Below, in pieces: positions 21,159-31,280 of a DNA stretch of 64,000 nt. How positions within the stretch are numbered: the first letter of the stretch is position 1; each line of letters starts with the position of its first letter. The stretch lies in the NCBI GenBank assembly GCA_964549305.1, contig CAZJVM010000001.1:5217-69216 (forward strand), written 5' to 3'. Source of the stretch: an uncultured bacterium (lineage in GTDB: Bacteria > Schekmanbacteria > GWA2-38-11 > J061). A program made the position numbers and the translations under genes. Under the pieces are notes generated by a model. It saw nothing but the letters and a program-made list of their open reading frames with translations. It did not search any database and had not been told where the DNA came from.

Positions 21159-21277
21159 TATAAGAAAAATTCTTAATTTCATAAAAAAAAGTTCACAAAA
21201 TTTAAACAATGTTATATTTTACAGCGTTAAAAAGATTTAAGAATTGAACTTGTCGAATATTTGCAGGGAGAGGGAAG

Positions 21278-21718
21278 TTGGTTGAAATTTCTAAGGAAGA
21301 AGAAGAAAAGATTCGTCAAAAGATCAGAGCTGAGCTTGAAGAGGAGGAAAAAGAACGCCTCGAAAGACTGAAACATTTAAACTATTTGAATGAAAAGGAA
21401 GATCAGGAAGAAGATAAAGTTGATGAAACGAAACTTTTGGAATTAAAGAAAATTGAAATAATAGAAAATGAGAAAGTCGCGTTCTATAAAGAAAAAGGTT
21501 ATATTCCCGTAAAGACAAGATCAGGAAAAACCAAATGGATATCCAAAGAGGAGTATAACGAAAAGAAACATAAAATCCGCGTAAAGCGAAGGCGCAACGG
21601 CAAGGATTTAAATCCTGTGGAAAAACCCGGCCAAAAGAACCTCAAATCGATTTTTATCATTATTCTTATATTTGTTCTTTTTTCAATATTTATATCTCTT
21701 GTGTCTTCAATATTTTAA
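21278..21718 (+). CDS. Hypothetical tail-anchored protein (highly charged coiled-coil region + C-terminal TM helix)
   Basis: An E/K-rich heptad-like region is followed by SIFIIILIFVLFSIFISLVSSIF as the final ~23 residues. Confidence 0.4.
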   Translation: MVEISKEEEEKIRQKIRAELEEEEKERLERLKHLNYLNEKEDQEEDKVDETKLLELKKIEIIENEKVAFYKEKGYIPVKTRSGKTKWISKEEYNEKKHKIRVKRRRNGKDLNPVEKPGQKNLKSIFIIILIFVLFSIFISLVSSIF

Positions 21719-21764
21719 TTCCGAATATTATTTATAACCCTTTAAAACTTGTGAAGTATTCAAT

Positions 21765-23768
21765 ATGAAAAAGTACCTTCTCAAAGAATTGAAGCATGAA
21801 ATCCGCGAAAATGGCAATAAAATAAACTTCAGAGAAGAGCTCAATGAATCGCAATATGAGGCAGTCAGCCATATTGACGGTCCGGTGCTCGTTATAGCAG
21901 GCGCAGGAAGCGGTAAAACGCGTACACTTGTTTATCGTGTCGCAAAACTTGTCGGGGAAGGCATTCCGCCCGAATCAATTCTTCTTCTCACCTTTACAAG
22001 GAAAGCTTCACAGGAGATGCTTCGCCGTGCCGCAACGATTTTTGACAGCAGATGCGAGAAGGTTTCCGGAGGAACCTTTCATTCTTTTGCGAATATGATT
22101 TTGCGCCGTTATGCGGAATTTGTTGGACTTACGGGCGATTTTACCATTCTTGACCGCACCGACTGTGTGGATGCAGTGGGAATGATTAGAAGCGAGATGG
22201 GATTCAGTGAAAAAGAAAAACTTTTTCCGAGAAAAAGCACCATACACGCAGTTTTGAGTTTAAGCATAAATAACGGAATAAGCATTGAAAATGCCATTGA
22301 AAAGAGTTGTCCCCATTTCATTAAGTGGCATAAGGAGTTCAACGCAATATCCAAAAAGTATAAATCTTACAAACGGGAAAACAATCTCGTTGACTATGAC
22401 GACCTTTTGACTCTTCTCGATAAACTTTTAAAAGAAAACGATGAGATAAGGGAGAAATTATCATCTTATTACCGCTATGTAATGATAGACGAGTATCAGG
22501 ACACTAATGTGATACAGGCAGAAATAGCGTACTCCCTTGCATCGGCACATAACAACATTATGGCGGTAGGTGATGACGCGCAGAGCATATATTCATTCAG
22601 GGGTGCCACATTCAAAAATATAATGGAATTTCCTCAAAGATATCAGGGGACTAAGATAGTAAAGCTCGAGCAGAACTACAGGAGTACGCAGAAAATCCTC
22701 AATTTTACGAATAATGTCATTGAACTGGCAAAACAAAAATATACTAAGCATCTTTTTTCTGAGATTACGGGTGGTGATGTACCGTCCCTTGTAAGAGCAC
22801 CCGATGAATATACTCAGTCAAAATTTATAGTGCAAAAGATATTGGAACTGCACGAAAATGGGGTAAAACTTAATGATATAGCAGTGCTTTTCAGGTCCGG
22901 CGACCTTTCCTTTGATCTTGAACTTGAACTTAACAGAAGGGAAATTGCATATGCAAAATACGGAGGATTCAAGTTTATAGAAACGGCACACGTAAAGGAT
23001 GTTGTAGCACATCTTCGGATAATCGCAAATCGTCTCGATATTATCAGCTGGACAAGGGCACTTCTTTTAGTTGATGGGCTTGGTTCGAAAACAGCTTATA
23101 AAATGCTTGGGATTATAAAAAACAAACCGGAAAACCGTAATGCAATTCTGTCACTTGCAACCAAAAGGAACAAGGAAGGCATAGAAAAGATGTTAAATCT
23201 TCTTGAGTCAGTGGAGAAGACTTCAGATAAACCTTCAGAACAACTGCCGGAAGTTATTGAATATTATACACCTATAATCAAAAGAAAATATGACAACTAT
23301 CCGAAACGAGTCAAAGACCTTGAGCATCTCCTTACAGTCTCGGAAAGATACAAGAGTCTGAGGTCATTTCTTACGGATATGGCAATTGATCCTCCCACAG
23401 AGAAAAAATCCATTGCCGATGTGGAAGCGGAAGAAAAAAGGGATGATCTTCTTGTCCTGTCAACGATTCATTCTGCAAAAGGGCTTGAGTGGCACACTGT
23501 TTTCATTATATGGACGCTGGAAGGGATATTCCCGTCAAGTTATTCACTATGGGATGAAGAAGATGTTGAAGAAGAAAGACGCCTGATGTATGTTGCGGCA
23601 ACAAGAGCGAAAAAAAATCTCTTTCTTTCATACCCTGTAAATATTTATGAGAGAGGGACGGGACAGTTGCTTACAAAACCTTCTCAGTTTGTTGCGGGAA
23701 TAAGTGAATCGCTTCTTGAACATATGGCTGTAGTTGATGAGGAAAACGATTTTCCTGAATGGGAATAG
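21765..23768 (+). CDS. ATP-dependent DNA helicase, UvrD/PcrA/Rep family
   Basis: SF1 helicase motifs are present: Q-motif LNESQYEAV, Walker A AGAGSGKT, motif Ia TFTRKASQEM, then GTFHSFA, DEYQDTN and C-terminal VAATRAKKNL. Confidence 0.85.
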   Translation: MKKYLLKELKHEIRENGNKINFREELNESQYEAVSHIDGPVLVIAGAGSGKTRTLVYRVAKLVGEGIPPESILLLTFTRKASQEMLRRAATIFDSRCEKVSGGTFHSFANMILRRYAEFVGLTGDFTILDRTDCVDAVGMIRSEMGFSEKEKLFPRKSTIHAVLSLSINNGISIENAIEKSCPHFIKWHKEFNAISKKYKSYKRENNLVDYDDLLTLLDKLLKENDEIREKLSSYYRYVMIDEYQDTNVIQAEIAYSLASAHNNIMAVGDDAQSIYSFRGATFKNIMEFPQRYQGTKIVKLEQNYRSTQKILNFTNNVIELAKQKYTKHLFSEITGGDVPSLVRAPDEYTQSKFIVQKILELHENGVKLNDIAVLFRSGDLSFDLELELNRREIAYAKYGGFKFIETAHVKDVVAHLRIIANRLDIISWTRALLLVDGLGSKTAYKMLGIIKNKPENRNAILSLATKRNKEGIEKMLNLLESVEKTSDKPSEQLPEVIEYYTPIIKRKYDNYPKRVKDLEHLLTVSERYKSLRSFLTDMAIDPPTEKKSIADVEAEEKRDDLLVLSTIHSAKGLEWHTVFIIWTLEGIFPSSYSLWDEEDVEEERRLMYVAATRAKKNLFLSYPVNIYERGTGQLLTKPSQFVAGISESLLEHMAVVDEENDFPEWE

Positions 23769-23774
23769 ACTATA

Positions 23775-25190
23775 ATGAAAAAAGAAAAAATTCCCTTTTA
23801 TGAAGGCGCGGCGGTTTTTGCCGACCCAATCCATAATTATATACCTTTTACGTTACCTGTTACATCTACTGAATCTTCCGAAAAAGACCTTATAGATTCT
23901 GTATGGATTCAGAGACTTAGAAAGATTTATCAACTGCAGAGTCTGAGATGGGTTTTCCCTTCTGCTGAACACAGCAGGTTTCAGCATTCAATCGGAGCGA
24001 TGCATCTTTCGGGAAGAATGGCAAAACAGCTATATCCCACTTTAATCAAAAACTGCCGGCAATGTCCTTCTCAAAATTTCATCGAAGAACTGTTGCGCGT
24101 AACGGGTCTCCTTCACGACATTGGTCACGGGCCTTTCGGACATTTTTTTGATGAAAACTTTCTCGATAAATACCGTATTACCCACGAAGATCTCGGACAG
24201 GAAATCATAAAGAAGGAATTGTCGGGCATTATCGAAAAAATACGGCGCAGTCCTTCGGGAAAATTCAAAAAAGGAGAGGTTATAAATCCTGAATACCCCG
24301 CATTTCTCATTAAAAAACAGAATCTTAAAAAAAATAAAAAATATCCCAAGTGGCTGAGAATGCTCTCACCCCTTTTCAACGGCATTTTTACCGTTGATAA
24401 TATGGATTATGTTCTGAGAGATTCCTATATGTGCGGAGTGAAAATAGGCCCTGTGGATATCGAAAGACTGATTCATTACACCTTTTATTCGTCAATGGGG
24501 TTTACTATACATAAATCAGGCACTTCCGCGCTTACTATGTTTCTCAATGCCCGCCTTTATCTCTATTCCAATGTTTATTATCACAGGACGACGCGCGCGA
24601 TTGACCATCATTTGAGGGAGATATTCAGAAAGACGATCACATTGATATTGAGAGATGACAATCCGTTGCAGAACCTCAGGGAATATGAAAAACTTACCGA
24701 CTGGTCTCTTTCTGAAACCGTTACCGCGTGGAAGGATTCTCCCCATGCTGAAAAGAGGGAACTTTCATCTGAGTGGTCTGCCATACTTCTGAGAAAACCA
24801 AAATGGAAGCTTGCTTTTGATTATACACGCACTGCGGATCTCATGAAAGCGGGGATACCTGTTATAAGCGAAAAAGAATGGAGTGAAAGGATAAGAGAAC
24901 AACTCCCTGAGAAGCTGAAAGAACTTCCTTTTTCAGTGGATGTGCAGGAACAGGACCCTCGTCCCGAAAATCCCATGTCTATGGGCAATCAGCAAATATT
25001 CGTTTATGACCCTAATTCCGGAAAAATATCAAAGGAAGCGCTCCTTAAACTTTTTGAATTCATTCCATCTAAGGTGTTTCACTACAGGGTTTTTGCGCTT
25101 GACCATAAAAACGACAAAATCCTCGGGAAAATTGCTATGTCTTCCCTCGGTTACTCGGGAAAAATCCAGAAAACGGAAACCAATATTTAA
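23775..25190 (+). CDS. HD-domain phosphohydrolase, dGTP triphosphohydrolase-like
   Basis: HD motifs RFQHSIGAMHL...LLHDIGHGPFGH...DNMDYVLRD. It starts 7 nt after the helicase stop. Confidence 0.75.
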   Translation: MKKEKIPFYEGAAVFADPIHNYIPFTLPVTSTESSEKDLIDSVWIQRLRKIYQLQSLRWVFPSAEHSRFQHSIGAMHLSGRMAKQLYPTLIKNCRQCPSQNFIEELLRVTGLLHDIGHGPFGHFFDENFLDKYRITHEDLGQEIIKKELSGIIEKIRRSPSGKFKKGEVINPEYPAFLIKKQNLKKNKKYPKWLRMLSPLFNGIFTVDNMDYVLRDSYMCGVKIGPVDIERLIHYTFYSSMGFTIHKSGTSALTMFLNARLYLYSNVYYHRTTRAIDHHLREIFRKTITLILRDDNPLQNLREYEKLTDWSLSETVTAWKDSPHAEKRELSSEWSAILLRKPKWKLAFDYTRTADLMKAGIPVISEKEWSERIREQLPEKLKELPFSVDVQEQDPRPENPMSMGNQQIFVYDPNSGKISKEALLKLFEFIPSKVFHYRVFALDHKNDKILGKIAMSSLGYSGKIQKTETNI

Positions 25191-25193
25191 TAT

Positions 25194-26114
25194 ATGCCTA
25201 TCCCGGAGACTAAGAATATCAGGGCATCGATAGATTTAGGTACAAATTCCGCGCTTCTTCTAATTGCGAGAGTGGAAGGAAAAAATATCGAAACCATTCG
25301 CGAAGAATTGAGAATATGCAGAATAGGCGAAGGAGTCGATGCCTCGGGTATTCTCAGCGCAAAAGCAATTCAAAGAACAATCAGAGTACTTCGGGAGTAT
25401 AAAAATATTGCGATCGAATATGGCGTCTCAGATATAATAATAGGCGCAACAAGCGCTGTAAGAGATGGAAGTAATTCAATTACTTTTATCAATAAAGTTA
25501 AAGCGGAACTTGATCTTGATATAGAGGTGATTTCAGGGCAGAGGGAAGCCGAATTATGTTTTCTCGCTTCATCGGGCACTATTCCGGAATCTTGCCAAAG
25601 TGCCCTTGTAACAGATATAGGGGGAGGAAGTACCGAATTTATATCCGGAATAAGAGGGGAAATTAAAAATCTTGTGAGCTGCCAGTTCGGGTCCGTTCGC
25701 CTTACGGAAGAATATATTCATCATAATCCTCCGAAAAAAAATGAAATTTCAGACATGAAGAAACATATAGAAAATGAGCTTTCTTCAATGAAAAGAGAGA
25801 AGTGGAGAGCGGAATGTCTTATAGGTGTGGCAGGCACAGTAACTACCATTGCTCAGATGATACAGGAGAGCCCTGAATACAGGCGTGATGAAATCGAAGG
25901 TTTTAGGATAAGCTCAGAGAGTCTTTCATCACTTATTGATAGAATTTCTTTCGTTACGACACAAGAGAGAAAAAAATTTGCCGGTCTTCATCCCGCCCGA
26001 GCAGATGTAATTGTAAGCGGAGCGGTGATATTAAAGGAAATTATGGATTATTTCGGCTATAACGAAACGATTACGAGCACAAGAGGACTGCGCTACGGGC
26101 TTTTAATGAAATAA
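25194..26114 (+). CDS. Ppx/GppA family phosphatase (exopolyphosphatase / guanosine pentaphosphate phosphohydrolase)
   Basis: ASKHA-fold motifs (IDLGTNSALLLIA, DIGGGSTEF). Length is 306 aa. Confidence 0.8.
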   Translation: MPIPETKNIRASIDLGTNSALLLIARVEGKNIETIREELRICRIGEGVDASGILSAKAIQRTIRVLREYKNIAIEYGVSDIIIGATSAVRDGSNSITFINKVKAELDLDIEVISGQREAELCFLASSGTIPESCQSALVTDIGGGSTEFISGIRGEIKNLVSCQFGSVRLTEEYIHHNPPKKNEISDMKKHIENELSSMKREKWRAECLIGVAGTVTTIAQMIQESPEYRRDEIEGFRISSESLSSLIDRISFVTTQERKKFAGLHPARADVIVSGAVILKEIMDYFGYNETITSTRGLRYGLLMK

Positions 26115-26223
26115 GAGGAATGTTATCAATGTTCATTTATTTTACAATATAGTGAAAGTAATTTTACAAAATGATTTTAATAAACGCCCTAAACACTTAA
26201 CCTTTTTATGGAGGGTCGCACAG

Positions 26224-27270
26224 ATGAGAAAACAGATTTTCACAATGCTTTGCTGTATGCTTGTTCTAACATTGGTATTTGCCTGCGCGCCGGCAAAAAA
26301 AACGGAGGACGCGAAGGTCGTCAAAAGCGCCGAAGATTATACATTTGAAAATGAATTTCCTGTGACGCATATTCCCAATTTTCCCCGTGCCGCGGAATCA
26401 TATTTTTCACCTGACGGAAAGAGCATAATATGTCAGGCGAAGATGGACGGAGATACTTCCTACCATGCCTATACGGGAACTATAACAGGCGAAAACATAA
26501 AGAAAATCAATGACAAAGGGGAAGATGCCTGTAACTTTTATTTTCCCGACGGGACGAAAATCGCGTGGACATCCACACGTGACAACCTTGATATGCCCAA
26601 AGGCGATTGGTCGGATTCGACACAGTATCCCGAAGGCGCGGAATTATATATATCCGACCTTGACGGCAATAATATAACGAGAATTACTGACAATAAATAT
26701 TATGATGCGGAAGTTTCCGTTTCTCCAGATGGCAAATGGATTCTCTTTGGAAGGCAGATTAACGGTGAAATGGATTTATGGCGGATGAAATCCGACGGCA
26801 CCGAAGAGATGCAGGTGACGCACACACCGGTTTGGCAGGAAGGCGGAGCTTTTTATATGCCCGATTCGGAGACTATACTTTATCGTGCGTGGAAGAAGGA
26901 ATATGATTCACAAAGAAGAAAACCGATGACAATTTTCACTATAAAGCACGACGGAACGGGCCATAAACAGATAACTCACGATGACGAAACCAATTGGGCG
27001 CCTTATCCCCATCCGGACGGAGTGCATTTCGCTTTTGTAAAGGTTTTACCTCCTTCGGATCCCGCGATTCCTATGCCAAATTTTGAAATCTATATGATGA
27101 ATCTTGAAACAGGGAAGCAGACAAGGATGACCTATGACGATGGATTCGACGGTTTCCCCTCAATTTCTCCAGACGGTAAAACACTGATGTTTTCATCGAG
27201 CAGGGCAGCGACTTCAACTGAAAGAGCTCTGAAACTTTTCCTTATGGATATAAGCAATTTCAAGGACTGA
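26224..27270 (+). CDS. TolB-like beta-propeller lipoprotein
   Basis: Lipoprotein signal (MRKQIFTMLCCMLVLTLVFAC). Repeated PDGK/SPDG beta-propeller blades (FSPDGKSI, VSPDGKWI, ISPDGKTL). The start was moved to the internal Met preceding the signal peptide. Confidence 0.55.
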   Translation: MRKQIFTMLCCMLVLTLVFACAPAKKTEDAKVVKSAEDYTFENEFPVTHIPNFPRAAESYFSPDGKSIICQAKMDGDTSYHAYTGTITGENIKKINDKGEDACNFYFPDGTKIAWTSTRDNLDMPKGDWSDSTQYPEGAELYISDLDGNNITRITDNKYYDAEVSVSPDGKWILFGRQINGEMDLWRMKSDGTEEMQVTHTPVWQEGGAFYMPDSETILYRAWKKEYDSQRRKPMTIFTIKHDGTGHKQITHDDETNWAPYPHPDGVHFAFVKVLPPSDPAIPMPNFEIYMMNLETGKQTRMTYDDGFDGFPSISPDGKTLMFSSSRAATSTERALKLFLMDISNFKD

Positions 27271-27292
27271 TTTCAGTTCAAGAAAACGACGT

Positions 27293-27332
27293 ATAAAAAA
27301 ATAGGGGACATAGCTGTCCCCCATTTTTTTTG
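27293..27332. terminator. Bidirectional rho-independent terminator between convergent genes
   Basis: AAAAAAATA-GGGGACA-tagc-TGTCCCC-CATTTTTTTTGG: a GC stem flanked by an A-run and a T-run, between the TolB-like gene (+) and fbp (-). Confidence 0.65.
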
Positions 27333-27343
27333 GTGACAATAGG

Positions 27344-28321
27344 TTACGTAAGGCACTTCAATATTTCCTCTACAAGGGGTTTACTCCCCACATAGAGGGC
27401 AGTGCGTTGATGATGTTTTTCCGGTACTATATCGAGAATAGGCATGCCGTTTTCATCGATTGCCGTACCACCTGCCTCTCTGCACATAAATGAAACTACT
27501 GATGCCTCGTACATTAATCTGAGTTTTCCCTGCGGTCTGTTTTTTTCAGGATTGAGATGATTGACGATGGCGGGATACATAAACATTCCGCCGTTTCCAA
27601 GCAAGCGGTGAAAGTCTCCCGCTAAAGCGCCAAGATAACGAAAAGCGTATTTCTTTTCATTCTCGCTAATCCAATTTTGAACGGACTCTTTAAATGTATA
27701 ACGGTTTGCCGCGTTAAAGGAAAGTTCCCATTTCTTTCTGTCATCAGGAAGAAATACGCGTACCGGTTTTACAAATGTCATTGTTTCGTCAATATGAAAA
27801 CGCCAGCACCCCGCATCCCTGAGGGCAATGGTAAATGTTCCAGTCGGTATTACGAACATTCCAGAAGCGATATAGTCATTTCCCGCTCTCAGATGACCGT
27901 CTTCAGCGCCTTCAAGATTGCGTTTTGCTATTCCGAACATAAATCCCACGGGCAGCATATGTGATACATTCGATGAACCGTCCAGTGGGTCGAAATAAAT
28001 AAAGTACCTTCCGCTTCCCGTATCCATCGGGATGATGTTCTCCGCTTCTTCGCTGACCGCGTGAATGACTCTTTTGGATGATTTGAGATAGTGGATTACT
28101 ATTTCGTGGGCAATCTGGTCCATTCTGAGTACATTTTCACCTTGAACGTTTATTGTGCCCGCACCGCCGAGATTTCCCCTCAGCGCGCCTGTTACATAGT
28201 AGTGCTGAATATGTTTTGCCGCGCTTAAGATGGCATCCATAAGAATGAGAAAGTGATATGTGCGATTGTATTTTTCCTGATGGTGGTAAAGAAAATTCAT
28301 AAATGTTTGTTCGAATTCCAT
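27344..28321 (-). CDS. fbp: Fructose-1,6-bisphosphatase class 1
   Basis: FBPase motifs DPLDGSSN and GKLRLMYEA are present. Length is 325 aa. Confidence 0.85.
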   Translation of the reverse strand: MEFEQTFMNFLYHHQEKYNRTYHFLILMDAILSAAKHIQHYYVTGALRGNLGGAGTINVQGENVLRMDQIAHEIVIHYLKSSKRVIHAVSEEAENIIPMDTGSGRYFIYFDPLDGSSNVSHMLPVGFMFGIAKRNLEGAEDGHLRAGNDYIASGMFVIPTGTFTIALRDAGCWRFHIDETMTFVKPVRVFLPDDRKKWELSFNAANRYTFKESVQNWISENEKKYAFRYLGALAGDFHRLLGNGGMFMYPAIVNHLNPEKNRPQGKLRLMYEASVVSFMCREAGGTAIDENGMPILDIVPEKHHQRTALYVGSKPLVEEILKCLT

Positions 28322-28577
28322 CGCGTCTCTCCCCTCAATTTAGATTTTCTCGGATTGTTTTGAATGAATAATATTAACAATTAAAAAAAAATTATAATCG
28401 GAAAATCCGGATAAAAATACAGTAATAATTGCCTTTTTGTAAAACAACGCCTATCAAAAATCAACCTGTTAAATGATTTTGCCGCCACATACGTTTCCGA
28501 TTTAAATTGACATAATTACTTGATGAAATTTAAAGGCGGTTCTGTTAGAATACAGCTAATTAATTAACGGGGTATAT

Positions 28578-29687
28578 ATGCGCATTATAGACAGGTATGT
28601 AGTAAGAGAATTTCTAAAGTATCTTGCCACGACACTTTTCGCGTTCGTTGCAATCTATTTCATAATAGACATTTTCGAAAGAGTGGACGATATAATAGAG
28701 CACAGCGTGCCATTATCCGTTGCTCTCAAGTATTATGTCTATAAATTTCCATATATGTGTTTCAATGTTTTTCCCTTTACGCTCTTGTTTGCGTCTCTTC
28801 TGACTGTGCGTCAGTTTGTGGCAAATAATGAAGTTGTCGCCATAACGGCAAGCGCAATAAGTCCATACCGTTTTCTCTTTCCCATTGTAATAATAGGTGT
28901 TGTTTTTGCCGTTTTCATCTTTGCCGTAAACGAGATGATACTACCCTATACGAACGAAAAGTATGAAGAATACGGCTATACCATAAGAGGTAAAATGGAC
29001 CCCGCATACCGTCCCTCAAATGATAAAGTGCAGGAGAGATGGTACAGGGGAGACAAGAATACCTTTTATAATATGGATATTCTTATCAAATCCACTCAGG
29101 AGGTGCAGAAACTTACCATTTATAAGGTTGGTGAAAATTTTGAGCTGAAAGAAAGAATCGATGCCGACAGAGCAAGATACAGAAATGACAAATGGATTTT
29201 CAAGAACGGTATTTCGCGAAAATTCAGAAAGGATAACTGGGTCGTGAAGGATGAGTTTGAAAAGGAAGCAAAGGAAATTCCCCAAAAGTTCGAAGATTTT
29301 CTTAAGACGGAAAAAGACCCGGAATCTATGTCGTATCTGGAGCTTAAAAGATATCTCGAAAGAATCAAAAAGGGCGGTATAGCGCCCAATCAGTCAATAA
29401 AGTATCTTGTGGATTTATACAGCAAGTTTTCAATTCCGGCATCCGCGGCGGTTATGACCCTTCTCGGCATTCCTTTTGCCATAAGAAGCAGGCGTTTCAG
29501 GGGGGCAATGTCGGGTATCGCTTTAAGCATAGGAATAGGGTTTTCCTACTGGATAATCTTCTATCTTTTCGTCTCTCTCGGACACGGGGGAAAACTTCCC
29601 GCCATACTTGCCGCATTCGGTCCCGTTTTTATTTTTTTGGGACTGGGGTTCTATATGTTTTCAGACCTTAACCGCAGAATTATCTGA
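28578..29687 (+). CDS. LPS export ABC transporter permease, LptF/LptG (YjgP/YjgQ) family
   Basis: N-terminal MRIIDRYVVREFL with TM helices, a large periplasmic beta-jellyroll insert and C-terminal TM helices, which is the typical LptF/G architecture. This implies an outer membrane. Confidence 0.75.
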   Translation: MRIIDRYVVREFLKYLATTLFAFVAIYFIIDIFERVDDIIEHSVPLSVALKYYVYKFPYMCFNVFPFTLLFASLLTVRQFVANNEVVAITASAISPYRFLFPIVIIGVVFAVFIFAVNEMILPYTNEKYEEYGYTIRGKMDPAYRPSNDKVQERWYRGDKNTFYNMDILIKSTQEVQKLTIYKVGENFELKERIDADRARYRNDKWIFKNGISRKFRKDNWVVKDEFEKEAKEIPQKFEDFLKTEKDPESMSYLELKRYLERIKKGGIAPNQSIKYLVDLYSKFSIPASAAVMTLLGIPFAIRSRRFRGAMSGIALSIGIGFSYWIIFYLFVSLGHGGKLPAILAAFGPVFIFLGLGFYMFSDLNRRII

Positions 29688-29688
29688 C

Positions 29689-30198
29689 CTATATGTAATC
29701 CTTTATCAGGTTTACATAGTTTTTCGCTCCCTGAAGAATTGCCTTTATTTCGTCGTCAGACAGTTTCCTTTTAGCTTTTGCGGGTATTCCCACAAGGAGT
29801 GTGCCCGGTTCGATTCTGCTATGTTCCGGCACTACTGCGCCTGCGCCTATTATGCACCCCTCTGCTATGTGGGCATCGTCGAGGATTATGGCGCCCATTC
29901 CGATTAAACAATTGTTTCCTATTTTGCACCCGTGCAAAATGGCACCGTGTCCCACTGTCACATTGTCTCCCACAATCAGAGGATATGTGTCGGTAGTTAC
30001 GTGAAGAAGGCATCCATCCTGAATATTGGTCATATCACCGATTTTTATGTAATTTACATCTCCGCGCGCTACGGTTTTATACCAGATGCTCGATTTTTTC
30101 CCGACGGTAACATCGCCGATTATGTCGGCGCTTTCGGCAATGAAAGCCGATGAATCTATCGAAGGTTTTATATCCTTATAGGAAAGAATCATATTCAT
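29689..30198 (-). CDS. Gamma-class carbonic anhydrase family / hexapeptide-repeat protein (YrdA/PaaY-like)
   Basis: Left-handed beta-helix hexapeptide repeats. Conserved His ligands (HGCKIG, GAILHG). Length is 169 aa. Confidence 0.75.
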   Translation of the reverse strand: MNMILSYKDIKPSIDSSAFIAESADIIGDVTVGKKSSIWYKTVARGDVNYIKIGDMTNIQDGCLLHVTTDTYPLIVGDNVTVGHGAILHGCKIGNNCLIGMGAIILDDAHIAEGCIIGAGAVVPEHSRIEPGTLLVGIPAKAKRKLSDDEIKAILQGAKNYVNLIKDYI

Positions 30199-30356
30199 TT
30201 CTCCTCTGTCATTTTACGGAATCATTGAATTATAATAATTGCATAATAGACGTCAGTTTTTATCACGGTATTGCAAATTTACGAAGATATTTTTTTGACG
30301 CCGACGCCTGATTAAGGATATGAAATTAAATCTCTGTTGTCTTTAATGAGGGAATT

Positions 30357-31271
30357 TTGCTAATTTACGGTATGACAAATGTTATGAAATATATATCCGA
30401 CTATATGGAATTCCTCGATGTTGAAAAAGGGCTTTCCGCAAATACCATTGCTTCCTACAAAAACGACCTTAACGGGTTTGTATTGTCGATAGAAAAAAAG
30501 AGAAGGAATAATGTCAGAGCGATCACTTCGTCGGATATAAGATTATATATAGCATCCCTGAGAGAAAGGGAACTTGCCGTTACGTCGATTACGAGAAAGG
30601 TTGTATCTTTAAGGAACTTTTTTAAATATCTCGTCAAGGAGAAGGCAATCGACAATGACCCGGCATCTAAAATAGAAAATCCCAGACCCTGGAGAAAACT
30701 TCCGGATGTACTCAGTATTGAAGAGGTTGAATCGATATTGGCAATTCCCGATGAAAGCTCAATTCTGGGGTTGAGAGACAGAGCAATACTGGAACTTCTT
30801 TATTCCTGTGGACTGAGAGTTTCCGAACTTACTTTTCTGCTCGTAAACGATATAGACCTTGAATCCGGTCTTTTGAAAGCTACGGGGAAGGGGAATAAAG
30901 AGCGTCTTGTACCCGTTGGCGAAGAGGCACTTGAAATGGTTTCGAAATATCTTTCAACTGCGAGACATTCTCTTCAAAAAAATGATATAACATCCAGAAA
31001 AATATTTTTAAACAGGTCGGGCAGAGGTCTTACAAGGCAGGCAGTATGGAAACTGTTGAAAAAGTACTGCCTTTTAGCCGACGTAAGGAAAAAAGTTACT
31101 CCTCACACCTTAAGACATTCCTTTGCGACGCATATGATAGAAAGAGGCGCTGATTTGCGTTCCGTGCAGATGCTTCTGGGACATTCCGATATATCCACGA
31201 CCCAGATATACACACATATATCACTGACTAGAATGAAGGAAGTTTACAAGAAGTTTCATCCAAGATCCTGA
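30357..31271 (+). CDS. xerD: Tyrosine recombinase XerD/XerC
   Basis: C-terminal catalytic region HTLRHSFATHMIERGADLRSVQMLLGHSDISTTQIYTH with the catalytic Tyr. The N-terminal core-binding domain is ANTIASYKNDL. There is no phage context. Confidence 0.8.
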   Translation: MLIYGMTNVMKYISDYMEFLDVEKGLSANTIASYKNDLNGFVLSIEKKRRNNVRAITSSDIRLYIASLRERELAVTSITRKVVSLRNFFKYLVKEKAIDNDPASKIENPRPWRKLPDVLSIEEVESILAIPDESSILGLRDRAILELLYSCGLRVSELTFLLVNDIDLESGLLKATGKGNKERLVPVGEEALEMVSKYLSTARHSLQKNDITSRKIFLNRSGRGLTRQAVWKLLKKYCLLADVRKKVTPHTLRHSFATHMIERGADLRSVQMLLGHSDISTTQIYTHISLTRMKEVYKKFHPRS

Positions 31272-31280
31272 AGAGCACAG

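Noticed and set aside
26152-26223. N-terminal 24 codons of ORF 26152-27270
   Set aside because: A lipoprotein signal peptide begins at the internal Met (26224). The upstream extension is AT-rich with no Shine-Dalgarno sequence and was trimmed.
30357-31271. Tyrosine recombinase as a possible integrase of a mobile element or prophage
   Set aside because: The sequence is a canonical XerC/XerD type (core-binding domain plus RHRY catalytic region). It is flanked by housekeeping genes (gamma-CA, lpxL-like, truA) and no phage or transposon genes are nearby. The tRNA-Val at 33343 is 2 kb away with no att-like repeat found by eye.
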